Position numbers and translations under genes: made by a program. A stretch of 63,921 bases of DNA, filler included, from Atractiella rhizophila (Eukaryota): NCBI GenBank assembly GCA_021432655.1. It is 5 parts of 5 records of this genome, joined end to end, with 100 filler letters (N's around TTAATTAATTAA, not from the genome) between each part and the next. Parts side by side here need not be neighbours in the genome. Positions count along the whole stretch, not along the records: positions 36,748 to 54,851 come from MU271862.1; 4 more parts are not named here. One strand, written 5' to 3'. Positions 37,460 through 52,374 of this stretch are shown here, in pieces; position 1 is the stretch's first letter; each line of letters begins with the position of its first letter. Below the pieces are notes generated by a model. The model searched no databases. It was not told the DNA's origin and worked only from the letters and a program-made list of their open reading frames with translations.

Positions 37460-38953
37460 CTACCGAATTGTATCGAACAAACTGAAAGGGACCTCTGTTC
37501 TCAGTGACCTCAATTCTCTCTCCAACGGGTGGACTTCAAGCTCTATCCCGTTATCATCACACCATCCGGTGATCCTTGTTATAACTTCATCTTCATCAGT
37601 AACGTGACCCGGTGTGCCTGAATCTTGTTCCACTTTGATAATTTCATGAGAAATACGGAGCTTCTTCAGACCTTCGAAGGATCTTTCTCTTTTTTTTAGG
37701 ACCTCCAAGTAATCCTCCACGATTATAGTGTACACTGTTGGATTTGGCGGGTTCGACAGGTCCGTAATTCGCATGTACCGTTTCGTAAAGAGGCCATGAG
37801 GGAGGCCGTCCCAAGGATGCAATTCTACCACCTGAACAGATGCGGGTAGATTCAATATCATGTCTAGATCGATGTGGTAGGAGGCGAAGGAGAACATCTG
37901 CAACACTCTTGCTTCTTTCCAGCAAGTCTCCAACCCATCCATCAGTGTCGCGATCTTCCTTTCGTTCATCAGCCGATATCCATCTTCAGGCTCATGAAGC
38001 TCCTCGTAAAGGCTCAAATGGAAATGAGTCAGTGTTCGGAAGGTGGAAGCGAGGTTATGGAGACCGATTTGGAGTAGAGGAGAAGTTTCGTTCAGCACGA
38101 GACTGAGATGCGTGAGATCTCGACCAATGGAAGAGAATTGATAGGGGAGGTAGCTGATTAGTAGATCCCCTGAAAGGTGGAGACTTCGTATCTTGGACAG
38201 TAGAGGAGAGTTGGGAAGGAAATCGTAAAGCTCTCGTGATGTTTCGGACGCGATGGGAAGGTACAGCCAGCGCTTTTGCTTCCATACGTCTCCTAGTGCT
38301 AGATTCCTGATTTGAAGCTCCTCAAGGTGCTCAAAACGCCCTAAAACTTCTTCCAGATCTAGTCGAAAAAGAAAGAAGTTCGACAGCATTATACTCCTGA
38401 CTCGGAGCTTCTTCTCGACCATGATTTCGAGCGTGGCTCTAAGCCGATCGCAAAATATTTTTGAAGGAGTGCTTTGCTCAAATCCCACATGCACAATATT
38501 TGGGAACGTATTAAACAGCCTTTCGAGGTGTGGACGAGAGTGTCTCGATCCGTTAAGGCGTGAAAAAGTCAGGCCAAGGACATAGAGTCGCTTAGGTGAG
38601 TTGTTGAGCCTGGATACCCATTGCTCCGCGTGTTGCATATCGCGAACAGTGAGGTGTCGAAATAGGAATCGCTGTACAGGTCTTTGCCATGATCGACATA
38701 TTAGACTAAAAGCAGAGAAGATTTTCGGGCAGCAATGCTGGTGGAGGTAGGATAGAATTTGCCCGATTATCTCGACCGGAAGCTGGGAAAAGGGACTTGT
38801 TTCGACCGTTGGACGACACTGTGGCGCGGCTCGCTTTGTTACAGGTTCAGTAAACTTTCTCGGAAAAGAAAAGGCGAATACCAATTTGCCTCGCTTCCTC
38901 CCCCTTGAAGCACTCTGACTCCGCGTTGAAGGCGCTTTTTTCTTTGGTGGCAT
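37460..38953 (-). CDS. F-box protein with LRR/RNI-like region
   Basis: 497-aa ORF; F-box FSQLPVEIIGQILSYL...SLICRSWQRPVQRFLFRHL; LxxLxL repeats. Confidence 0.75.
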   Translation of the reverse strand: MPPKKKAPSTRSQSASRGRKRGKLVFAFSFPRKFTEPVTKRAAPQCRPTVETSPFSQLPVEIIGQILSYLHQHCCPKIFSAFSLICRSWQRPVQRFLFRHLTVRDMQHAEQWVSRLNNSPKRLYVLGLTFSRLNGSRHSRPHLERLFNTFPNIVHVGFEQSTPSKIFCDRLRATLEIMVEKKLRVRSIMLSNFFLFRLDLEEVLGRFEHLEELQIRNLALGDVWKQKRWLYLPIASETSRELYDFLPNSPLLSKIRSLHLSGDLLISYLPYQFSSIGRDLTHLSLVLNETSPLLQIGLHNLASTFRTLTHFHLSLYEELHEPEDGYRLMNERKIATLMDGLETCWKEARVLQMFSFASYHIDLDMILNLPASVQVVELHPWDGLPHGLFTKRYMRITDLSNPPNPTVYTIIVEDYLEVLKKRERSFEGLKKLRISHEIIKVEQDSGTPGHVTDEDEVITRITGWCDDNGIELEVHPLERELRSLRTEVPFSLFDTIR

Positions 38954-39255
38954 TTGCGTTTGGTGACTCTAAGGAAGAAAAGAATGGAGGGATGCTTGAG
39001 AACGGGTGATAAGTATCTGTTTCACCATTTTGTTGCGGTAAACCGGACAGATATGGTATTGTTGAGCCATTCTATTGTTGACCTTGTTGACAGTTGCTGC
39101 GCCAAGGTTAGCCTTGACATGAACACCCTTGTTACCATTTTTTGTTTGTACCTGAGGTTGAAGCCGTAGAGCACATTTTGATGTCAAATAGATATTGGCG
39201 CACAACAGGCGGAAAATTCTACATTCATTCTATTATATAGCAACAGGTCATAAGT

Positions 39256-41468
<2,213 letters not shown>

Positions 41469-42737
41469 TTAGGGCAAGTCAATGGACCTACTTGAACGCT
41501 CAGATTCATAAAGTTGAATAATATGGAAGCGGAAAACGCAGTTGTGCATCGGAAAACAAGGGAGCTGAACAGGGCTTACCCTGGGCCAGGATCCAGCCAA
41601 GTGAGGAAGGGACAGGAGTGAGTGTTTCAATGCCTCTTGGGTATGTAATTGCGTACAAGGATGCCATGCAGTTGAGAGTTGCTACACAAGAATGTATCTG
41701 GATCTCAGAGAGTCAACTTAGGAGAATGTGTGGGGTGATACTTTACTTCCTTGAGTCTTTATAGTGGAAACAGTCTACTGAGCTGGCTCTTTACAGTATT
41801 CTGTCGTGCATTCTTTTGAACCTTGAATTGACACATTCGGACACTGTTGTGAGATCAATCCACGAACAATGCAATGCTTACAACAGTTCTCAAGAGCTGC
41901 AACGCAATATGTTGTCTACTCCATCTCTCTCTCGCGCCTTTTGATGCTCAAAGTATAAAGTACAAATGGGCAACTGAACTGGACCTGTCAGGTCACGCAT
42001 TGAGGAGAGATATAAATGGGAAATTCGTATGTTCGCCTGATCCCGCCGCGCTGAGCTTCGACGGCTTTCTTTATTATAGTCATCCGAGATTATTAATATA
42101 TGCGCATCCCTTGTCTGCTTTTCTCCCTTTCTTGTTAAGAACATATCTACATCTTGTTAGATTATAATGCAGGCGCAAAGACGTGCTGTCAAATTTGTCC
42201 GTGTACAGTCATGGTTTCAACGGCTGACACCCGTTACATTGCAGTTCAAATTAAATGCAATGCTTACGCGATTGAGCACAGTCGCTTGTTCAAGGCGACC
42301 GCAGGAGCTCCTTGGTTCTCTGCACTGCGAGACCTTTATGCAATGATGGACACCTTGGAACCCACTATTTACTTCACTCAGTTTCTTTTTGTTTTCTGTT
42401 AGAGCGCTCGATTTTGTTCCATGTACGATAGACTGATGCCGTCGCTTGACTAGATTTCTTTTGGTGGAAGGAGACGAATTGGAGGAAGACGAATTAGAAG
42501 AAGACCAATTACAAAAAGGGGAAGGCACGAACGCGCTCCAATTGCATATACCGGGCAACGAGGGATCACAAGGAGGATCCGACGATGCGATGGTTTTGAC
42601 GCCAGAAAGCGCCATTGAAACAGAAGTACGCCTGCTCCTCGTCTCAAAATACACTAACTCTGCTTGCCCAGCTCCTTAGCAAGGAACATAAATCGACCGG
42701 AGCCGACAACGACATTAGGACTGTGGGCACAACCAAA

Positions 42738-44992
42738 ATGGGAGATCAAGGGTCCTGGGAGTCCACTACCAGACCAGCCGGGGACGGTTCCGATGAAGCT
42801 TTACGAACTACGGGATGGAGGTCTACGCCGTCTCGAGATCAAACTGATGGATGGGGAGCAACTGGCGAATCATCCCCAAACAAGATGGAAGATCCCGCAG
42901 CTGCAAAGTCTCGGGAAGACAAGACGTCGTCCCAGGCAGTGTCCGCTCGATCAGGTTGGGGAAGCTCTGACACTGGCGCGGTTTGGGCAGCGGCGACGAG
43001 CACCTCTTCCAATTTGAACCTTGAGCCTGATGATGACTTTGGCGGATGGGGTACTCCGTCGAACTCACAGTCCGGCTCAGGTATTAGGTCTGTTCCCAAC
43101 AGAACTACAGCAGCCAATGGCGAACCTCTGGTTAATGCGAGAACATGGGGTTCCGAAGCTCCAAAAACCTTTAGGGCAGACTCCCTCTTACCTTCGCTCG
43201 AGACCAACGGCTTGAGTAGTACGGCCCAGACGACCTCCTCTCCTACGACTACGCCTTCGAGACAGGAATCAAGTGTACTAAAGGAGCCGTCTACTACCTC
43301 TATGAATGCGGTTCCTTCATCAGTCTCCGTTGCAGACAGCATTCCTCCTGCAGCCGATGTGGTGATGGAAGACCACAGCATCACGACAGCGGCCAGTTTT
43401 AACCGCGATCCTACGAGCTGGCTTCCTGTCTCTGTGTGAGTGTACTGATTGTTAACGTGCATAAGTGAAGCTAAACGGTGGGGTAGAGAAGAAAGGGATT
43501 TGCTTATTCGCTTAGGAAGTGTTCGAAGCGAAATTGAAAAGTTATTACCGATCTATTTAGACGGTCTGTTTCGTCCCTGTGCCTTCCGCTCCGAAAACTG
43601 ATTAGTTATCGTAGAGGAAGCAGCCCGACGACAGATGGAGAAACTTCTTGGAATATCGTTGGGTAATGCAGACTCATCTCGAAGGCGCTGCAGGAGAAAA
43701 ATAAAGGAATTAAAGGGGCAGCTGGAGGCCATTCTCAAAGCTGCGGACGACGTCAAACCCGGACTGTCATCCATCATGCTGGAGGTTGTTGGCGCTCTCC
43801 CGGGTTATGTGCAAGAGATGCCTACAATCGTCTCAAAACCACGCCAAGCAGAGGTACAACGACCGGATGGTATTACCCTTCAGCAAGAGAAGCTCGCCGT
43901 TTCCACAAATTCATGGGCATCCACCTCTGCCGCGCCATCGACTCGTCAAAAGGTCAACGACCAGACTTGGGGCTCTGTGGCAATGTCAGATCGAGCTCAA
44001 CCCTCAACCTCATGCTGGAATGACAATCAGTCGCCGAGACGGAGGCAAGACAGTGGATTCACTAGCAGCGGTGTTGGAGATTTGCAATCACGCTCGACTG
44101 ATGAGCACGCTGAGCTTTTTGTCAAATCGCTGCCTTACACTGCAACGGAGGAATCACTTCAGACTTTCATTTCCTCTAAATTTGGCGGGCTGAGGTCTGT
44201 TAGAATGCCCCTTGACCGTGAAACAGGTGTGTAACTGCCGTCCGTGGTAGGAGTTGTTATTGCTAATAGAATCTGCAGGGAAGCACAAAGGCTTTGGTTT
44301 CCTGGAATTTAGAGACCGTCAGAGTGCCGAGGCCGTTCTTGAGGCTCATGCAAATGGTCCTCTTTCTCTAGATGGTCGGCAACTCCAGTTCAATTTCAGG
44401 TGCGTCGTTATCCTCCAGTATCCGAAGGGTCCAACCGCGCATCAACAGCCAGGGAGGTGCCGGAGGACGGGGTAGAGGTCGAGGTCGAGGTCGTGATTAT
44501 GGGAGTCGAGATTTTTCAAGTCGACGGAATTCTGGTTCGACGTCCGCTACTGGATGGAGCGCTGGTGGTGGGGGAGGGGATACTGCTCCGCGGGATTCAG
44601 GTTCCTCCGGCTGGGGACCTTCATCGTTGTCGCGTACATCCGTCAGCGTTCAAAATGCTCAAGGAGATGGCGGCTGGGGTCCGACGACTACTACACAGGT
44701 CAAGACTACTGATTCGGCTTCAAATGGCGGTTGGGGACCTTCTACATCTTCGAATTTTGTCAGCGCCCCTACACGCTCCTCTACCGCAAATGATGATGGA
44801 GGCTGGGGGATGCCAGCTGCTGCTACAAAGGATGATGGGGGTTGGGGGATGCCGGCTGCTACTACAAAGGATGATGGAGGCTGGGGGACGCCAGTTGCTA
44901 CTACAAAGGATGATGGGGGTTGGGGGATGCCAACTTCTACCAGCCATGTTGGAGAAAGTAGCGGCGGAGTTCAGGACACCGGAGGGTGGTAG
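42738..44992 (+). CDS. GW/WG-repeat, RRM and RG-repeat protein
   Basis: Disordered N- and C-termini with many GWG/WG motifs; RRM with ELFVKSLP (RNP2) and KGFGFLEF (RNP1); GRGRGRGRGR. Confidence 0.8.
44792..44932 (+). repeat. 39-bp coding tandem repeat, about 3.6 copies (DDGGWGMPAAATK)
   Basis: Units start at 44792, 44831, 44870 and 44909. Confidence 0.92.
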
Positions 44993-45704
44993 GGAAGGCG
45001 CTATTTCTCAACGTAGAGATGCAGTCTGTTAGTAGTAATATATCATGTGCAGATGGATGCTTATGACAAGAGCTTCCCTCACATGTGGACGATCTGACCA
45101 CCGCTTAACAATATATCCATGAACCCGTTGTTGCTCTTCCTGTCCATGCTCCAAAATCTGTAAGACTCCAGCATTGTCTGTCTTTTAATTTTCTTCCACC
45201 TCCTTGAAGCTTCGAGGATGTCATGTATCAGGCGGAGACGCATCAAAGCTTGAATTTCAACGTTAAACTGCGACGGCATCCTCCTTCAAATCGAAATCAT
45301 TCCTTGAAACATAATAGAGAACAAATTATTAGATCTGATTTCTGCTAAGAAGGCATCAGAAATTGATCAAGCATTCTCCTGCCTTCAACATTCTGACGAA
45401 TCGGAATGTGAGTAACGTCGAAAAATTTATGCCCAATGACAATGAGTCTTCAGACATGCCACACTATTAAGGGCTGCAATGAGATATTGTTATCAGTCAG
45501 TTGGCAGAGGTGTAGGAGCTGGCACGTGAGAATGGAAGAATTGTGACTAGACGCTGACTACGGCTTCTGGATGTTTGCGTGGCTTTTGTTTTTTCTTTCG
45601 AACGAATCGACAATTTGTAGGTGGATTTCTATTTCAAGGTGGGTAATCAAGCGCTACGATTGGATATGCAGAGATGCTGACCACAATGGGCATTGGGATT
45701 AGGT

Positions 45705-46268
45705 ATGGCACGCACAAAAAAAGAGGGCAAAAAGCCGCGGTCCGCTTTGAAGGATGTCGTTTCCGTAAGTCGTCCCCTCTCCATTCCTTAAGAAGAGCTG
45801 CTGAGAAGCGGGATTGGAATGACAGAGGGAGTACACGATCCATCTTCATCCCAAAATCCACACCCGCTCCTTCAAGTCGAAAGCTCCCACCGCCGTCAAA
45901 GCCGTCAAGGCATTCGCTTTCAAGCACATGGGCACGAAGGATGTGAGGATTGATAAAGAGCTCAACAGCGAGATCTGGAAGTTCGGTATTAAAGATGCAC
46001 CGAGGCGGATCAGGGTTAAATTGAGCAGTTCGTATTCCTTTCCTCTATGTTGTTGGGTTCAAAGCAGGATTAATGGAGGTCGAATTTGCAGGGAAGAGGA
46101 ATGATGACGAGGACGCGAAGGAGAAGCTCTACACTTACGTTACCCTAGTACCTGGGATCACCAACTTCAAGGCAAGCATCCTTCCTCCTTTGCTGTTCGC
46201 TTCTGTCAACTGACTTCAAATTCGGTGTCTAGGGTCTTCAAACTACCAACGTCGAGAACGAAGAGTAG
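45705..46268 (+). CDS. RPL31: 60S ribosomal protein L31 (eL31)
   Basis: RSALKDVVS|REYTIHLH...HMGTKDVRID...PRRIRVKLS|RKRNDDEDAKEKLYTYV...|GLQTTNVENEE*. Confidence 0.93.
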
Positions 46269-46526
46269 ACGCTCTGTTCTCCCAGTTGTTTTTATCCCAT
46301 GTTTTTGCCCATCATCTCATGCATTCTATGTCATTCAAACGACTCTTCTCACCGCATCCTTCAAACGCTTTCTCATACCTTTGGGACACTAAATAACTCG
46401 CAGGTGCTGGAGACATCTTTTAACTCAATCGGGAATGTGCTCAAAATCAAGCGTTGCATTAGAGGAGTGATCCAAGGTCATCCTCACCACCCATCCACAC
46501 TAGCTAAGTAATAAGTGCATCACAAA

Positions 46527-48247
46527 CTACGCCGTCAGCTTAGCCTCCGGCACGTCCTTACTCCCCAACGTCGTCCTCGCCTCCTTCTCCGAATAATAAT
46601 GGATCTCCTCCCTCTCCCTTCCCCTAAGGAACGGAGGCGCGGTGCCCTCGTAGTAGATGTCGGTCCACATGTCCTTCTCAAGGTCGGGCTCGGGCGACTT
46701 TTTGGCTTCTTCGACGGCTTCGTCAACGATGGAACGAGCTTCTTTGTCTACGGCCTGTTCCATTCATCATTCGCGTGATCAGTCTTTGGGATTCGGTGTG
46801 CGAAGAATGGAGGACAGACTTTGAGCTCTTCCTCGGATACGACGCCCCACTCCAACAAGTTGTTCTTCAATCCCGTGATGGGATCCGACGACGACCGCAT
46901 CTTTTGGATCTCCTCCTGTTCACATCATAATAGAACCATCGTCACAAAGTAGTATGGATGAGGGGGATAGGAAGGTGCGCACCCGTGTCCGGTAGGTGGT
47001 TCCGGGATCAGACATGCTGTGACCTCCGTACCGATAAGTGACGAATTCCAACAACAAAGGACCCTTTCCGCTCGTCGTCCACTCTTTGGCGAATTGACAA
47101 GCCTTGTGGACGCTGAGCACGTCCATACCATTCACCTATTCCGCACAACCACATCAATTCCAAACTTTCTACCTGAGGAGCTTAAATAGAAAGGGAACGG
47201 AGGTGAGGCGGACCTGGACACCGGGGATGAGGTCTCCACGTGTAAAGTACTTGGTGTTGGCGGACGACCTCGCAGCTGAAGTTCCCATTCCGTACAAGTT
47301 GTTTTCGCACACGAAGATGGCGGGCAAGTTCCAGAGCTTGGCCATGTTGTACGCCTCGAACACCTGTCCCTGATTCGATGCTCCGTCACCGTACACTGTG
47401 CAACAAGATTACAGTGAGTTGGGAGGGATAGGGTGACGGGGTGGACTCACTGATGAAGGTGGCGTGCTTGTCGTCTTGTCCTAGGTACTGTTGGGCGAAA
47501 GCGATTCCAGCGCCGAGGGGAACTTGAGCTCCGACGATTCCGTTTCCGCCAAAGAAGGTCTTTGTGAAGATGTGCCTGTCCATCCCTCATCAATACTTAC
47601 TACTCCAGTTATGACAGCAACTGAAGGGAGGGAGGGAGGAGAGGGGAAACGCACATGGACCCGCCTTTTCCACCAGACATGCCGACCTGCCGTCCGAGAA
47701 GTTCACCAATGACACCTGTGATGCTCCCACCGCGCATGACGGCGAAAGGATGGCACCGATATGCGGTAATGATCTTGTCGTCGGTCTCAATCGCGCTCTC
47801 CATTCCAATCGACACCGCTTCCTACACACCCAACCACACTCTCAACCTCATCATACCGAAAAGCAAAGCAAAGCAAGCAAACAAAAAGCAAAGGGGAAGA
47901 AAACACACCTGTCCAATAGCCAAATGACAGAACCCCCTGATGAGTTTCTGTTTGTAGAGTTGATCAGCGGCCATTTCCATCCTCCTCATCTGGACCATGT
48001 CCGAATACATCTGGACGAGCTTCTCCTTCGTGACCTCGACCTCGAGCGAGGGCGGGTCGCAACGGTAGGTCTGGAAGTAGTCGGCGTTTAGGGAGATGGA
48101 GAAGGGCTCGGTGGAGGAGGAGGGGACGGAGGAAGTTGGGGCGACTGAGCCTGGGCCGGTCGAGGCGGAGACGGCGTAGGCGCGACGGAGGGCGGGGGCT
48201 AGTGAGCGCGTGCTGCGTGGAAGCGTGGAGGTGAGGAGACGGTTCAT
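46527..48247 (-). CDS. PDA1: Pyruvate dehydrogenase E1 alpha subunit, mitochondrial
   Basis: Presequence-like N-terminus; [55 protein letters not shown]. Confidence 0.96.
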
Positions 48248-48533
48248 TATGGTGTTATTGGCCTGGCGTGCGAGTCACTTCTTGGAGGAATAACAGAAAA
48301 TAGAAGAAGTAGGACGAAGGTCAATAATTTGGAATGGAAATTTTGTTGGGGGAGCATACACTAGGCTCTTAGTCTCGCTGTAATCACTTGCATTCCGCAT
48401 TTCATTTGCTGTGCTCTGCTTGCTACATTTTATATTTCCCATCTCCGATTTCCATTGCGTATTACATCAAATTTATCAGCGGGACGGTAGCCATCATCCC
48501 ACCCTCGTAATAACTGTGTTGGACTAGAATATC

Positions 48534-49484
48534 ATGGCACAGGATACACATGATCCCTCGCTCTTCCCGTCCATTCCACCTTCCGGCTCCCTCCTTCTCG
48601 CCTACCGTCTTCCCTCCCGGCGCGTCCTCATCGTCGGCGGGGGTCTCATCGCCGCCTCCCGCCTCCGCGCCGTCCTCGGAGCCTCCGCGCTCGTCACCGT
48701 CGTCTCGCCCTCCTCGACACTGTGCAGCGAAATGACGTATCGCATCCACAGCGAGCGGTCCGTCGATCGCTACGAGGACCGTTCCTTCGTCCAGACCGAC
48801 CTGGACGCCGTAGACATGGTCCTTGTGTGCGACGAGGTGGCGAATACGCCGTTGGGGACGCGGATCTTCGAGCTGTGTAGGGAGAGGAGGATCGTGGTTA
48901 ATGTTGCTGATGTTCCGGAGCAATGCGACTTTTGGTTTGGGTCTACTATTCGTAGAGGGCCTTTGCAGGTCCTCGTGTCTACGGGTGGGAAGGGGCCGAG
49001 GTTGGCGCATCACATACGGAGACGGATTGAGGATGCGATTCCGGAGAATGTGGATCTGGCTATCGAGGGAGTGGGAAAGGTGCGGGAGAAGTTGAGGGAG
49101 AGGGTGCCGGGGAAGGAGATGGGGTTGGTGAAGGCGAGGATGGAGTGGATGAGCGAGCTGTGCGATCGGTGGTCGCTCGAGGAACTCGCTGAGCTCGAGG
49201 CCGACAGAGGGTTGCGTGAAACTGTGCTGCTAGGTGGGTACTTCTAATTCTTATTGGGCCCAGTGGTGATAAATGATGTTCGGATGGATGAAGGATGGAA
49301 TGACGATCCTGCCCTACGATACGTACCCTCGCACGATGCGGCACGGTCAAAGCACCCCGTTCGCCTCATGAGTGTGGCTGCGGCACTTGGAGAAGATGCA
49401 GCTGCCTTGTTTGGGAGGTTGAAATGGATTGCAGTCGGTTCACTCGCCACCATGCTTTTCTATCGGTATTCAAGGAGGTTGTGA
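48534..49484 (+). CDS. MET8: Siroheme biosynthesis precorrin-2 dehydrogenase/ferrochelatase
   Basis: GSLLLAY, VLIVGGG, VNVADVPEQCDFWFGS, RRGPLQVLVSTGGKGPRLA, RMEWMSELCDRW; acceptor of the last intron is uncertain. Confidence 0.88.
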
Positions 49485-49836
49485 TATTCTAAAAGTGTGC
49501 AGGATGATGATACCTTAACAGTGGTTTGTTATTTATTGTCAAAAACGGGATATCCAGTATACAAGGAATGTAACAGATTACACTTTACAAACAGTGTAAC
49601 AGGACATCCGCTCCACAAGCAATGTCAATATAACATTGAATTTATCCTTGAAACAGTGTAACAGGAAGTATTACAATTCGGGATAATAAGAGCTGAACAC
49701 GCAGAAGGGATGACGTAAAGAGATAGATGGCCCGATCAATCACTCCGATATCTCCGTCCCTTTGTTCTCTTTCTCCATTGCTATTAACTCACCAGACATT
49801 GCCTGCATTCCCACCTGCTGCACCACAATAGACACT

Positions 49837-51795
49837 ATGGACGTGGACTCCTCCTACTCCCCCCAGGCATACTACCCCTCTCCCCTCCCCACCCAGCCTC
49901 AATTCGGCATACCCTCTCCCTCGCCCTACTCCCCTCAGCCCCCCTTCCCCGTCCCTTCCTCGCCCAACTCTCCCGCTCCCTCCCCCTCAAAACCAACCAC
50001 CCTCCATCCCCCAGCCGCGGACGAGCTGCCGCGCAACAGTCCACGGCCGGGCGCGTTCAGCTTCGAGATGGACGGCATGATGGAGAGCTCGAGGAGGGGC
50101 GAGGACGTCGGGTTGGGATTCGAACATGTCGAGTTGATCGATACTCTTGGTTCGTACTCCCTTTTCTTCGATTCCCTTTCTTGGCTGTCTGTATCTGTAT
50201 CTTTGGTGAGAGGTGTTGACGGTGGGTTGGGTTTGTTCGCTTGTTGCGTTGTCGCGCGGTGCTGCTCTGGTGCATGTCGCTCGATATCGTTGGATGGACA
50301 GGCACGGGGACGTTTGGAAAAGTCTTCCTGGTCGGAATCCATCCGCCTGGATATCCTGCCGATCATGTCTTCTACTACGCGTGCGCCGCCCCCATTCAAT
50401 CTGCAATTAGAGTGTGTATGATAAATGGATACAGGATGAAGGTATTAGAGAAAGCAGCAGTTGTACGACTGAAGCAGGTCGAACACATAAATCAAGAGAG
50501 GAGCATATTGGGACGGGTCAATAATCCGTTCATGGTCAACCTGTCCATCTCCCTCTTCCCTCTCTCCTTACCGCCCTTCTCATGATAGATTATAGATTCT
50601 GTACCTTCCAGGACGAAAGAAACGTATACATGATCCTCGACTTCATCCAAGGCGGAGAACTCTTCTACCACCTGTTCGTCTTTCCACTCCCGTTCCAACA
50701 ATAATAATAATCATGCAATCCACAGACGGCGCTCCGGCCGCTTCACACCGGACGTCGCGCGCTTCTACGCCTCCAACATCCTCCTAGGGATCGAATACCT
50801 CCACGAGAGGGACATCATCTATCGGGACCTCAAACCCGAAAACTTGCTCCTTGACGAGCTGGGCTACGTCAAGATCACCGATTTCGGGTTTGCGAAGAAG
50901 GTCGAGGATCGGACGTTCACCCTTTGTAAGTCTCTCTCCTTTTTTCTTTCTAAGGTGGTAGAGGACTGATTGCTGTCGACTGAAGGTGGGACGCCCGAGT
51001 GAGTTTGCATGCTCTGTCGTTGTTGTCAATGCTGAAGTAGGTGGCGTATTAGGTATCTAGCCCCGGTACGCCCACATTTCATTTTCTTCTTGGAATCATG
51101 CTGAACGAAGTGGGACGCCAGGAAATCATCCAAGCGACGGGACACGGAAAAGCAGCGGACTGGTGGGCCTTTGGAATCCTTCTCTTCGAGATGCTCTGTG
51201 GCTGGCCGTTCGTCCCTCCATTCCCTTTCCCTTACATTCCATCCCAACCTCATCCAACTCAATCTGATCTGATTTGATCTGCTTTGATGGGAAACATCGA
51301 TCTAGGCCGTTCTACGACAACTCGCCCTTCGCGGTGTACGATAAGGTCTTGAATACCACCCCGAGTTATCCGCCTTGGATTGACGCGAAGGCTAAAGACC
51401 TCATTTCTCGCCTTTTGACTCATGATCGGTCGAAGAGGTTGGGGAATCTGGAGAGGGGAGCTTTGGACGTTAAGGATCATCCGTGGTTTAAAGGTTTGTC
51501 TTCACTTTCCTCCATTCATGTCTGCCTCCCTCCTCCATCCTCAAATACCAAGTCACTCATGGCGATGGGGATGGCGGCGACAGGAGTGGACTTTGCAGCG
51601 GTCGAGTCGAAGCGGATAGGTGCACCGATCATCCCCCCCGCGAGGAGTAGGACGGACACGGCCAACTTTGAAAAGTACCAACCGACGCCTCTCACGGAGC
51701 TTCCAGGGATGGCGAGGGCGTATTCTGCAGCGAGAAACTTGCCCACCCTTCCAGTGGCCACGGACGAATATGCGCATCTGTTCACCATGTTTTAG
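49837..51795 (+). CDS. cAMP-dependent protein kinase catalytic subunit-like AGC kinase
   Basis: [63 protein letters not shown]-terminal FxxF (FTMF). Confidence 0.92.
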
Positions 51796-52374
51796 TTCAG
51801 TTCCGTCCTTTTACTTTTGCTTTCTGTTCGAAGCGATTTAAGAGGACTGATGGAGTCTTTGGGCCGATAGAAGATCCTCCATCACTTGCACCACTCGTTA
51901 CGTCGTTGGCTTGATCCATCCCGCTCTGGTTCGCTACAAGTTCCCTGCTCCCCTTGCCTTCGTTCTATTCTTCGACTATTTCTCGCTCAGTCACTCTACT
52001 ACAGTAATAGCGTCTCTTCTATCACGGAACTGCGATTTGGGAATGAATGCTTGTGTTCTCGTCGCGTTGCAGCAAAGTAATTACAACAAGCACGTCTGTG
52101 GATTTGGATTTGGAATCGGTTGGAAACTGCTCGATGTGTCTGTTCGATGTCGGAAGTGCTGGATTCCTTCTGTTTTCGTTCGTTACTTGTCAGTTGTCGT
52201 AATAATCATTACATTTTCCATCTTCATTCTCAGTACTCTCAGTTCTGATGTTCTGCATTCAAGTTCCAGTCGGTACCGTCATGCGGGCGGCTTGACCATA
52301 CAAGTGGCAACATAGGAAAGAGCAAACTACTTCTTCTCATTCACGCCCTTGTTATCATATAATAGTCCTCTGAA

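Noticed and set aside
42839..45032. Long antisense and alternate-frame ORFs over the GW protein (207 aa, 210 aa)
   Set aside because: Shadow ORFs of low-complexity, repetitive coding sequence
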